A stretch of DNA of 32,966 bases from a virus (taxonomy: Duplodnaviria; Caudoviricetes). The notes under the pieces are model-generated. The model was not told the origin of the DNA, made no database searches, and was given only the letters and a program-made list of their open reading frames with translations. The stretch spans positions 1 through 32,966 of IMG/VR virus record IMGVR_UViG_3300033995_000182. The stretch is one strand, 5' to 3'. Shown here one piece after another: positions 15,246 to 22,287 of this stretch; position 1 is the stretch's first letter; the number at the start of each line of letters is the position of its first letter. The position numbers and the translations under genes are program-made.

Positions 15246-15387
15246 ACACTATGTGGTGCGTGGATATACAGTTTCAACTGTGTAAGTAGGCAAGAGTCTT
15301 AATTGACGAATGGAATAGACGGGATTACAGGTGGGGTTCCTCCTGTCACACGCATTTGGGGATGACTTTCGGGTCATCCCCTTTTTT
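15246..15387 (+). ncRNA. Candidate late small RNA
   Basis: Bounded by a late promoter and a terminator; closing stem GTGCGTG/CACGCAT with three inner helices. Confidence 0.55.
15358..15387 (+). terminator. Rho-independent terminator
   Basis: GGGGATGACT-TTCG-GGTCATCCCC-TTTTTT. Confidence 0.9.
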
Positions 15388-15388
15388 A

Positions 15389-15417
15389 TGTACAATATAT
15401 CGAAATAGGTGTACCTT
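15389..15417 (+). promoter_or_regulatory. Early promoter
   Basis: TGTACA-N17-TACCTT. Confidence 0.6.
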
Positions 15418-15443
15418 GGTATAGTTAGCCAAGGAGAAAAAAC

Positions 15444-15731
15444 ATGTACACCCTTCATTATTTCGATATCAATAACAACAATATCTCCACTATCTCACCA
15501 CAATTCCCCGACATTCAAACCCTGGTCAACTATATCAACCAACACCCCGAAATCGACGCGGTTGTTTTCCATCAAAACAACTACAACCACCGCGACACAC
15601 TCGTCGCCGCCCGAATTGCCGACGTTATCCTCAACGGAAAACCTCGCCGGAAATTCGTCAAACAAATGGCCGAATATATCGAATCTATCCCCGATCAAAT
15701 CCAATGGAAACCAAAATACCCTAAAAACTAA
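15444..15731 (+). CDS. Hypothetical protein (95 aa)
   Basis: AAGGAG SD, own promoter; G-poor, C/A-rich coding strand. Confidence 0.75.
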   Translation: MYTLHYFDINNNNISTISPQFPDIQTLVNYINQHPEIDAVVFHQNNYNHRDTLVAARIADVILNGKPRRKFVKQMAEYIESIPDQIQWKPKYPKN

Positions 15732-15754
15732 TTTCATTCTTTTGAAAATAGTTG

Positions 15755-15783
15755 TGTACATATTATGCGTTATGTGCTAATAT
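15755..15783 (+). promoter_or_regulatory. Early promoter (repeat module copy 1)
   Basis: AAAATAGTTG-TGTACA-N17-TAATAT. Confidence 0.8.
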
Positions 15784-15807
15784 GAATAATAAGCTAAGGA
15801 GATTGTC

Positions 15808-16119
15808 ATGACCAAGTTCACCAAGGAAACTCTCAGCTACCACGGCGGCTACCTCCACTATCAGCCGCACGCTGATAACTACTACGAAGGTCGTAAGTTC
15901 GTTGCTCGCTTCAAGCATCGTGGTCCGGTCACCAAAGCGAAGTTCGTCAAGGCCCTGATCAAGCACTACACGGTCGAAGAGTACTTTGCACGCCTCGGTG
16001 GTTCTGCAAATGCTCAGGGTGAAGCTCCTCTGCAGATCCTCATGAATGACGGTATCCTGGTGTTTCATGCTGATGAGAAGTTTGGCGGTTACTTCGTTCT
16101 GGACGGAAAGGTTATCTGA
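15808..16119 (+). CDS. Hypothetical early protein (103 aa)
   Basis: TAAGGAG SD; genome-typical codon usage. Confidence 0.8.
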   Translation: MTKFTKETLSYHGGYLHYQPHADNYYEGRKFVARFKHRGPVTKAKFVKALIKHYTVEEYFARLGGSANAQGEAPLQILMNDGILVFHADEKFGGYFVLDGKVI

Positions 16120-16252
16120 TGGAAGGTTGTCGAAACGTTAAGCTCCAAACTGAAAGGCCAGACGGTCCTAAGGTTATACCTCTCACAAATGCCACGAGTG
16201 GCATTCACCCTAACTACAGTGTGGTGACTCGTTCTGGACGGAAAGGTTATCT
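16094..16252 (+). repeat. 24-bp exact direct repeat (16094-16117 and 16229-16252)
   Basis: TCGTTCTGGACGGAAAGGTTATCT occurs twice, each followed by (G/A)ATG, 135 bp apart. Confidence 0.9.
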
Positions 16253-16430
16253 AATGCAACAGATTGCATACGCAGTCGTCGGTGACGGCAAGTTCGGATT
16301 CAAGATCTTCGGTCAAACCTTCGAGACAGAAGGTTTGACCGAGTACTGGGAGAATCGTGGATACCAGACTATTCCTGTCTACGTCGAGATGACCGACGAA
16401 CTCAAAGAATTTTACTCCTACTCAAAATAG
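16119..16430 (+). CDS. Hypothetical protein (alternative start at 16254)
   Basis: TGATG coupling; a second SD/ATG in the repeat copy. Confidence 0.65.
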   Translation: MEGCRNVKLQTERPDGPKVIPLTNATSGIHPNYSVVTRSGRKGYLMQQIAYAVVGDGKFGFKIFGQTFETEGLTEYWENRGYQTIPVYVEMTDELKEFYSYSK

Positions 16431-16433
16431 TTG

Positions 16434-16462
16434 TGTACATATTATCAAAAGTATGCTAATAT
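16434..16462 (+). promoter_or_regulatory. Early promoter (repeat module copy 2)
   Basis: AAAATAGTTG-TGTACA-N17-TAATAT. Confidence 0.8.
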
Positions 16463-16487
16463 GAATAATAAGCTAAGGAGATTGAAA

Positions 16488-16754
16488 ATGTTTAATGTTC
16501 GAATGAATAAGTTTGGTAACAAAGTAGCTAACGGTAACTTCTCTATGACGTTCGCTAATGGCTACAGTGTCTCTGTGGCTATGGGTGACGGCACTTATAG
16601 CGATGGTAATTCGGAAGACGGTTTTACCTCTGTTGAAGTCGCTGCATGGGATGCTGATGGCAACTGGGTTCAACTGGGTCATGGCGATACGGTTGTCGGT
16701 TGGCAGTCACCTGAAAAGGTTCTGGCTATAATGAATAAAGTGGCAGCAATGTAA
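16488..16754 (+). CDS. Hypothetical early protein
   Basis: TAAGGAG SD before ATG 16488; FANGYSVSV and VEVA motifs. Confidence 0.8.
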   Translation: MFNVRMNKFGNKVANGNFSMTFANGYSVSVAMGDGTYSDGNSEDGFTSVEVAAWDADGNWVQLGHGDTVVGWQSPEKVLAIMNKVAAM

Positions 16755-16782
16755 TTTAATGCGTGCATAGCTAAAATAGTTG

Positions 16783-16811
16783 TGTACATATTATGAAATA
16801 TATGGTACATT
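16783..16811 (+). promoter_or_regulatory. Early promoter
   Basis: AAAATAGTTG-TGTACA-N17-TACATT. Confidence 0.75.
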
Positions 16812-16816
16812 GGCTT

Positions 16817-16909
16817 ATACGATGGTGAAAGGCACGAATGGTCTTTCGTAAATTGGGTTGGGCTTCGGCTCTGTAAATTCCCTCAGTGGACCGCCTTCCA
16901 CCATCGTAT
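16817..16909 (+). ncRNA. Candidate early small RNA or structured leader
   Basis: Stem ATACGATGGTG-A-AAGGC/GCCTT-C-CACCATCGTAT starting at the predicted TSS; inner ACGAA/TTCGT and C-UUCG-G hairpins. Confidence 0.55.
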
Positions 16910-16925
16910 CTTTGTGGAGATTACT

Positions 16926-17330
16926 ATGACAATGCATCTTTTAGGTCCTGCTTACACCACCACTAATACGCGTGTACGAAAGACCAAGACTAGTGCCACG
17001 CAGTACCATAAGTACTATATTGATTGGCGTGATGACTGCAAGTTCAACAAGCGGCTTGGTACAGCGCCAAAGACTCTAGACGAGTACATTGCGTATTGTC
17101 AGGGAAAGTACAAGCCAAAGCTCCGTGGCACACCGTTGCCAGAGTATAATGTATCCAACCACCGTGAACGCTATCCATCACAGACCGACACTGGTGTCAC
17201 ATTTGCCAAGAAGCCAAACGTCTACACAGGCGATAAGTTGCTAGGTATTGCCACTATGCATAAGTCCAACATGGTTCCTGTCTTCAGTCAGGAGGATGCT
17301 GAAGAGATTGCTAAGATGCGCCGGGGCTAA
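16926..17330 (+). CDS. Hypothetical protein of T4-like phage type
   Basis: GGAG SD; C-terminal YTGDKLLGIATMHKSNMVPVF motif. Confidence 0.8.
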   Translation: MTMHLLGPAYTTTNTRVRKTKTSATQYHKYYIDWRDDCKFNKRLGTAPKTLDEYIAYCQGKYKPKLRGTPLPEYNVSNHRERYPSQTDTGVTFAKKPNVYTGDKLLGIATMHKSNMVPVFSQEDAEEIAKMRRG

Positions 17331-17338
17331 AATAGTTG

Positions 17339-17367
17339 TGTACAAATTATCCAAAATATCGTACTGT
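17339..17367 (+). promoter_or_regulatory. Early promoter
   Basis: AAAATAGTTG-TGTACA-N17-TACTGT. Confidence 0.7.
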
Positions 17368-17391
17368 GAATAATAACAAGTGGAGATTATT

Positions 17392-17616
17392 ATGAACCAA
17401 CGTCCTGGCAAGACTCATTCGGCTGCGCTCGGTGATAGTCAGAATGTACCTCTTCGCTCTCTTATCGATTATGTCAAGAATGCACGAGTTGCTCTCAACG
17501 AAACCGACCATGAGGATGCGGCGTATTATTTCGAAATGTTCGAAGACTTCCTTCGGACCGAGGTGGCAAACGGAACCAAACCGTTGTCGTTCACGTACAA
17601 GTCACTTGGTCTATAA
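17392..17616 (+). CDS. Hypothetical protein
   Basis: GGAG SD before ATG 17392. Confidence 0.75.
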   Translation: MNQRPGKTHSAALGDSQNVPLRSLIDYVKNARVALNETDHEDAAYYFEMFEDFLRTEVANGTKPLSFTYKSLGL

Positions 17617-17625
17617 GGAAACATT

Positions 17626-17919
17626 ATGATTATTGAAACACCTTATAAGGTCGGTGACATTGTCACTCTCAAGATTCTTGGCGGAGATGAAGTCGTTGGT
17701 CGACTCTCCGATGTGGACCGTTCACAGGGCGTGTACACGATCAGCAAGCCGCATGCGGTTATGATGGGTCAGCAAGGTTTTGGTCTTGCACCGTACGTCC
17801 TGACTGCTGGTCCGGACTATAAGATTGAGTTCGTCCATGCACATGTCATCTGTGTCGTCAAAACCTTCGATGCCGTTGCCAAGGAATACATCAAGCAAAC
17901 TACTGGGATTTTGGTATAA
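17626..17919 (+). CDS. Hypothetical protein, possible Sm/SH3-like beta fold
   Basis: AAGGA SD; GDIVTLK..GDEVVG pattern. Confidence 0.75.
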   Translation: MIIETPYKVGDIVTLKILGGDEVVGRLSDVDRSQGVYTISKPHAVMMGQQGFGLAPYVLTAGPDYKIEFVHAHVICVVKTFDAVAKEYIKQTTGILV

Positions 17920-18059
17920 TGGAAAACAAGCACGTGAACGTACAGGCAGGTATGGGATGGATCGGTTGGTTCTTCATTCTGTTCTGGAACTTTGGTGACA
18001 ACAAGATGGATCTGTACGATGCACTGTACAGCTTCCTGACCTCTGGAGTCGTGCAATGA
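17919..18059 (+). CDS. Small membrane protein (46 aa)
   Basis: TAATG and ATGA coupling on both sides; WIGWFFILFW helix. Confidence 0.65.
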   Translation: MENKHVNVQAGMGWIGWFFILFWNFGDNKMDLYDALYSFLTSGVVQ

Positions 18060-18463
18060 TTATCGAGAACCGTGTAGTATGCCACAAGTGTGGAGAAGAT
18101 ATCTTCTCGAAGAACCGTCATGACTTTGTGACTTGTACATGTGGTGCTATCTCGGTTGATGGTGGCCAGGAGTATCTACGTCGGGTAGGTGCTATCCATA
18201 ACTTTACTGAACTCAGCTGGGAGCTTCCTGACGAACTGTACAATGCTTGTGCAGCGGCTGTTGAAGATGCTATCAATACCAACCGCAATAAGTTTGGTAT
18301 CGCCAATGCTGTGATGCGTAAGCTTCGTGAAGCTGCTCGTGTGGTTGCTGAGCACGAGCAGTATATCCTCGCCAAGAACAAGCATCTCGATGAGATCATG
18401 GTTGGAGAAGCAGATGGAACTTTTAATCGTTATAGAAAGGTCGTAGAATGCGATACTCTTTAG
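18056..18463 (+). CDS. Zn-ribbon hypothetical protein
   Basis: CHKC...HDFVTCTCG..SVDGG motif. Confidence 0.8.
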   Translation: MIIENRVVCHKCGEDIFSKNRHDFVTCTCGAISVDGGQEYLRRVGAIHNFTELSWELPDELYNACAAAVEDAINTNRNKFGIANAVMRKLREAARVVAEHEQYILAKNKHLDEIMVGEADGTFNRYRKVVECDTL

Positions 18464-18750
18464 AACGCGAAGGCGATGGTGCTGGTGATCGAGGCGGCAT
18501 GAGTGATGCCATTACTCCTATTTGGGACGAAAACCATAAACTAATAGATAAAATTATCGAAAATAACGCTCGGCCAAAAGTAGGTGCGGCGATGAGAGTT
18601 GGCTCAATTTATGCTCGTAGCTACGATCATCACGACTGGTGGATGACTACGCCTATCACAGAGATCCTTGAAGAACACACCAGGGAAGATGGTGCAGAGT
18701 ATGTTCGGTTTAAGACGCGTAACTCGATCTATATATGGAGATGTCAGTGA
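18448..18750 (+). CDS. Hypothetical protein (100 aa)
   Basis: Overlapping tiling; WWMTTPITEI and FKTRNSIY motifs. Confidence 0.75.
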   Translation: MRYSLEREGDGAGDRGGMSDAITPIWDENHKLIDKIIENNARPKVGAAMRVGSIYARSYDHHDWWMTTPITEILEEHTREDGAEYVRFKTRNSIYIWRCQ

Positions 18751-18983
18751 ATCTTGAGACTGAGGCATATGAAGGAGAGTTGCGTAAACTGCGTCAAGTT
18801 TACGCAATGGTCAAGCACATCGGCCTTATAGAAAAACTTGGTGGCATCTACTTCATCTGTGGTGAAAGCGGCGCCAAAGACGACAATGACCTTCCCGATA
18901 ACATCTATATTTGTCCGGCATATGGATGTGATTGGTTTCAAGTATATGAAAAAACGGACAAATCTTTTGGACCTGAATGGTAG
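18741..18983 (+). CDS. Hypothetical protein
   Basis: Tiled in the operon; YFICG and ICPAYG motifs. Confidence 0.7.
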   Translation: MSVNLETEAYEGELRKLRQVYAMVKHIGLIEKLGGIYFICGESGAKDDNDLPDNIYICPAYGCDWFQVYEKTDKSFGPEW

Positions 18984-18987
18984 GAGA

Positions 18988-19236
18988 ATGAATATGAAGC
19001 ATACTATTGAACTTGACCACGAAACTGTCGACCAGATTGTAGTCGATACACTCTTTCAGACTCGCTCTGGTTTGCTTGAGGACTACATTAAGGGCACGAC
19101 TGCAGTGTTTGACTTTAACCCAACTGAAGATCGCAAGCAGATTGGCGAAATGATCAAGGCGATTGAAAAGGTCATCGATTGGCACTCGATTCCTGGTACC
19201 GTAGAATTCGATGAACTGCCCACCTTCGATGCCTAA
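18988..19236 (+). CDS. Hypothetical protein
   Basis: AGGAG SD; start at 18988 or 18994. Confidence 0.7.
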   Translation: MNMKHTIELDHETVDQIVVDTLFQTRSGLLEDYIKGTTAVFDFNPTEDRKQIGEMIKAIEKVIDWHSIPGTVEFDELPTFDA

Positions 19237-19609
19237 GTATCTTGTAGAAACCATTAGCGTATTCCGACTGCGCTATGTCGTTGAGGCAGAGTGTGCTGAA
19301 CACGCTAAGGATGAAGTTAGCATGAACTTTGATGGCAAATTTCATGAGTTTTCACAACTTCATATTGATGAGATGATTACATCTGCTCGTGAGATTGATA
19401 CCAAAGAGTATCTGTGTCTATACGATGAGGACAACCCACACTTCAAAGACTGGACTGATGAACAGAAACTTGGATGGGTCAATGTAATCGATTACAACAA
19501 ACCGAATCCGGAATTAAAGGAAATCGATCCTAGCCAACGTGACTGGGAATATGATGGAGCCGGTATCAAGGTCTGGAAAGGCACAAATGATCGTTATGTC
19601 AAGCCATAA
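19229..19609 (+). CDS. Hypothetical protein
   Basis: Overlaps the previous stop; YLVETIS.FRLRYVVEA and EFSQLH motifs. Confidence 0.75.
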   Translation: MPKYLVETISVFRLRYVVEAECAEHAKDEVSMNFDGKFHEFSQLHIDEMITSAREIDTKEYLCLYDEDNPHFKDWTDEQKLGWVNVIDYNKPNPELKEIDPSQRDWEYDGAGIKVWKGTNDRYVKP

Positions 19610-19724
19610 TTATCTTTTCATCTTCATCATTTTGTTGTGTACATTAACTAGCTATTTGATTATAACTAATAAGAGTACTGATGAAGAACGTGATGAAATG
19701 TTGAATGGTAAGGATTGGTTTTGA
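19596..19724 (+). CDS. Small membrane protein
   Basis: Hydrophobic N-half; tiles between neighbours. Confidence 0.45.
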   Translation: MSSHNYLFIFIILLCTLTSYLIITNKSTDEERDEMLNGKDWF

Positions 19725-20251
19725 ATATTTTCTATCTACATGAAGATCCCCGACAGTGTGCGGAGTGGATGGTAGACAAGCATGTTGTCAAGATGATTCT
19801 TGAGACTGCTCAACTACTATCCACTGCTCATCGCGTACTTGACGGTGTCATGTTTATCGATACATCTGGCGCACGCAAGAAAAAGGTATACAAACTAAAT
19901 GATGACCGTGATTTCATTCTCTATAGTGCTACTCATATCAATCATCCAAGTGCTATTTGGGCAAGACAGGCAGTGGAAAACTATAACTGGCTGGTCGATC
20001 ATCTCTTTGCTCTCGGCACTGAGTATACTTACCGTTATGGTAAGCAACACGCAACTATAACCAAGCTCGGTGTTCCCATTGCATCTCCTCCACTGAACCT
20101 TAAAGAGTGGGATATGACTCCTATGCCTTCGTGTATGGATGTGCAATACAAGATAGGCGATGAGCCTATTGCTAACTACCGTAATTACTATAGGTATGGT
20201 AAGGCCTCTATGCATAAGTGGAAGAACCGTGAAACTCCAGATTGGATTTAA
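19721..20251 (+). CDS. Pyrimidine-dimer DNA glycosylase/DenV-related protein (TTG start)
   Basis: MNIFYL...DKHVVKMILETAQLLST, THINHP and YRNYY motifs. Confidence 0.8.
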   Translation: MNIFYLHEDPRQCAEWMVDKHVVKMILETAQLLSTAHRVLDGVMFIDTSGARKKKVYKLNDDRDFILYSATHINHPSAIWARQAVENYNWLVDHLFALGTEYTYRYGKQHATITKLGVPIASPPLNLKEWDMTPMPSCMDVQYKIGDEPIANYRNYYRYGKASMHKWKNRETPDWI

Positions 20252-20259
20252 TATAAATA
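20252..20259 (+). promoter_or_regulatory. Late promoter
   Basis: TATAAATA. Confidence 0.7.
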
Positions 20260-20294
20260 AAACATATTAAAGCCTACCACTATGGAGATTACTA

Positions 20295-20642
20295 ATGTCA
20301 ACTGAGAACTACGCAAAATACATTTCTGAACAAATCAACAAAGAAAAAGTGCGCGGGTTTACTAATATTTCAATCAATGAGGGCCTAGAACTTTCTCTAG
20401 CTCTAAAAGAATCAAAATATGAATTTGACGTTTCTGGTGAACATGGCAATGCTGCGGTTGACAAGCTTGTAAAGCATGCTAATTCAAAAGGAATTAAAGC
20501 AAAGGTCCATACTTACGATGGCCCAGGCGGCGGCAATCCAGTAATTCATCTTAGCCACAAAGATCCAAAAGTTGTGCATGCCTATGCTAAAAAGCATATT
20601 AATCCAGATGTAGATCTTAGTAATCATAAAATTAATGAATAA
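20295..20642 (+). CDS. Hypothetical late protein, candidate internal head protein
   Basis: GGAG SD; N-terminal YAKYISE; His/Lys-rich. Confidence 0.75.
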   Translation: MSTENYAKYISEQINKEKVRGFTNISINEGLELSLALKESKYEFDVSGEHGNAAVDKLVKHANSKGIKAKVHTYDGPGGGNPVIHLSHKDPKVVHAYAKKHINPDVDLSNHKINE

Positions 20643-20664
20643 ATTTTTGTTATAGTTTTGATAC

Positions 20665-20703
20665 AAACCGGCCCGGTAGCAATACTTGGGCCGGTTTTCT
20701 TTT
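20665..20703 (+). terminator. Rho-independent terminator
   Basis: AAACCGGCCC...GGGCCGGTTT followed by TCTTTT. Confidence 0.85.
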
Positions 20704-20733
20704 GTCTAATAAATAGACGAAAGGAGTTATTTT

Positions 20734-21483
20734 ATGGCCGCTCAACAAGGTTTTCAATACGAGATAAATGCAAGTGATTTATTAAAAAAGTATAATATAG
20801 TCCCTAAAAATTTTGTGCCAGCGGGTGCAGGCCACGATCAACCAGATCTTATTATTTCTAAAAATGGAAAAACATCCGGTTGCGAGCTTAAAATATCTGC
20901 AGCATCTGCAGGTTCTCTTGTCATAAAATATGATTCTTCAGACAAACAAAATCCATGGAAATTTGGAGATATTAAATCCACTGATGATGAAAAATTATTC
21001 ATTAAAGATCTAGCATACGAAGTAGGTGTATTTGATATTATTAAAAAACAATGGTCTGAAAAACCAGCAAAACGTGATAAAGATGATGAATGGAAAGCTT
21101 TTTTTGGTAATATGTCTAATAGAGAAATGTATGAAAGAGATAAAGTTCTATTCAAAGACATTAAAGGATCTATACCTGCTACAAAGATTGAAGACTATTA
21201 TGTAAAGAAAGATACTTATTATGTAAACGTAGGAACCCATGGATTCTATCTTATGGGTAGAAGCAATCCGCTCAAGTTTAAAGATGTTCCAAGATTCGGT
21301 ACAGCAGCAAATGCAACTTACAGAGCCCGCGTTCAGTACAAAGGCGGTGGTAATTACCAGTTTACGTTTGAAATGCAATTTAGCATTCCATCTGCCAAAA
21401 AATCGCCGTTCAACATTGCTCCCGTGGATGGTAAGTCGGTTAAAATTATCGAAAAAAATTTGAACCTGGCATGCTTTTTATAG
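20734..21483 (+). CDS. Putative PD-(D/E)xK nuclease
   Basis: GFQYE helix, PDL...ELK catalytic-like spacing; AT-rich; AAGGAG SD. Confidence 0.55.
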   Translation: MAAQQGFQYEINASDLLKKYNIVPKNFVPAGAGHDQPDLIISKNGKTSGCELKISAASAGSLVIKYDSSDKQNPWKFGDIKSTDDEKLFIKDLAYEVGVFDIIKKQWSEKPAKRDKDDEWKAFFGNMSNREMYERDKVLFKDIKGSIPATKIEDYYVKKDTYYVNVGTHGFYLMGRSNPLKFKDVPRFGTAANATYRARVQYKGGGNYQFTFEMQFSIPSAKKSPFNIAPVDGKSVKIIEKNLNLACFL

Positions 21484-21512
21484 TGTACATTATTTCGAAA
21501 ACGTTGTAGGAT
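21484..21512 (+). promoter_or_regulatory. Early promoter
   Basis: TGTACA-N17-TAGGAT. Confidence 0.65.
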
Positions 21513-21517
21513 GAACC

Positions 21518-22123
21518 ATGATAAAGAAACGATTCAGAGAGTTCATTGGTGCAGGTACCCTTACGATATTCGATATCGATGAGACGCTGTTCCATACAAA
21601 GGCCAAGGTTGCTGTCATGAAGGATGGCAAGGTTGTCCGTATGCTAGATAACCAGGAGTTCAATACCTACAAGCGGCAGGATGGTGAAACGTACGACTAT
21701 GGCGAGTTTGCCAACGCTGAGGTGTTTCGTAAGACATCGACGCCGATTGCTCGCATGGTTGCCAAGGCTAAGATCATATTTGCCAACTCTAAGAAGAATC
21801 CACACAGTCGCGTGATCATCTGCACCGCTCGTGCCGATTTTGATAACAAGGATATCTTCCTACAGACGTTCCGTGACCATGGTCTTCCTATCGACCAGAT
21901 CCATGTTGAACGGGCTGGCAACCTCAAGATCGACTCATCGGCTGAGGCCAAGAAGATCATCTTTCGGAAATATATAAATACTAAAAACTACGTAAAGCTT
22001 AGGTTGTTTGACGATGCTCCTAGCAATCTTCATGCATTCCTTTCATTGAAGAATGAATATCCTGATATTACGTTTGAGGCGTATTTTGTAAATTCTGATG
22101 GATCGGTAAAAACAGTACGATGA
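21518..22123 (+). CDS. HAD-superfamily phosphatase (PNK 3'-phosphatase-like)
   Basis: FDIDETL, CTAR and FDD..SNL motifs. Confidence 0.85.
   Translation: MIKKRFREFIGAGTLTIFDIDETLFHTKAKVAVMKDGKVVRMLDNQEFNTYKRQDGETYDYGEFANAEVFRKTSTPIARMVAKAKIIFANSKKNPHSRVIICTARADFDNKDIFLQTFRDHGLPIDQIHVERAGNLKIDSSAEAKKIIFRKYINTKNYVKLRLFDDAPSNLHAFLSLKNEYPDITFEAYFVNSDGSVKTVR
21973..21980 (+). promoter_or_regulatory. Late promoter inside the HAD gene, upstream of the late cluster
   Basis: TATAAATA about 140 nt before ATG 22120. Confidence 0.5.
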
Positions 22124-22287
22124 AAACATTTAAACATTTTGTCTCTGAACAGCATGTAGACCACAAGGGCAATCCTATTACTATGCAAGACATCCGTCTT
22201 ATAGCTGGTGAAGGAAAACTTTTAAAAAGGACTATTAAACAAGCTATTGATGTAATTAAAAAGCATCGCATGAAGAGAAACCCATAA
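22120..22287 (+). CDS. Small basic protein MKTFKHFVSE... (55 aa)
   Basis: ATGA and TAATG coupling on both sides; below the ORF-track cutoff. Confidence 0.75.
   Translation: MKTFKHFVSEQHVDHKGNPITMQDIRLIAGEGKLLKRTIKQAIDVIKKHRMKRNP

Noticed and set aside
15243-15248. TGTACA as another early promoter
   Set aside because: No TAnnnT at 17-nt spacing.
15745-17367. CRISPR-like array from the repeated AAAATAGTTGTGTACA
   Set aside because: The spacing is hundreds of bp and filled with genes; these are promoters.
19638-19666. GTTG-TGTACA-N17-TATAAC as an eleventh early promoter
   Set aside because: The -10 lacks the final T and lies inside a small ORF. Plausible, but not counted.
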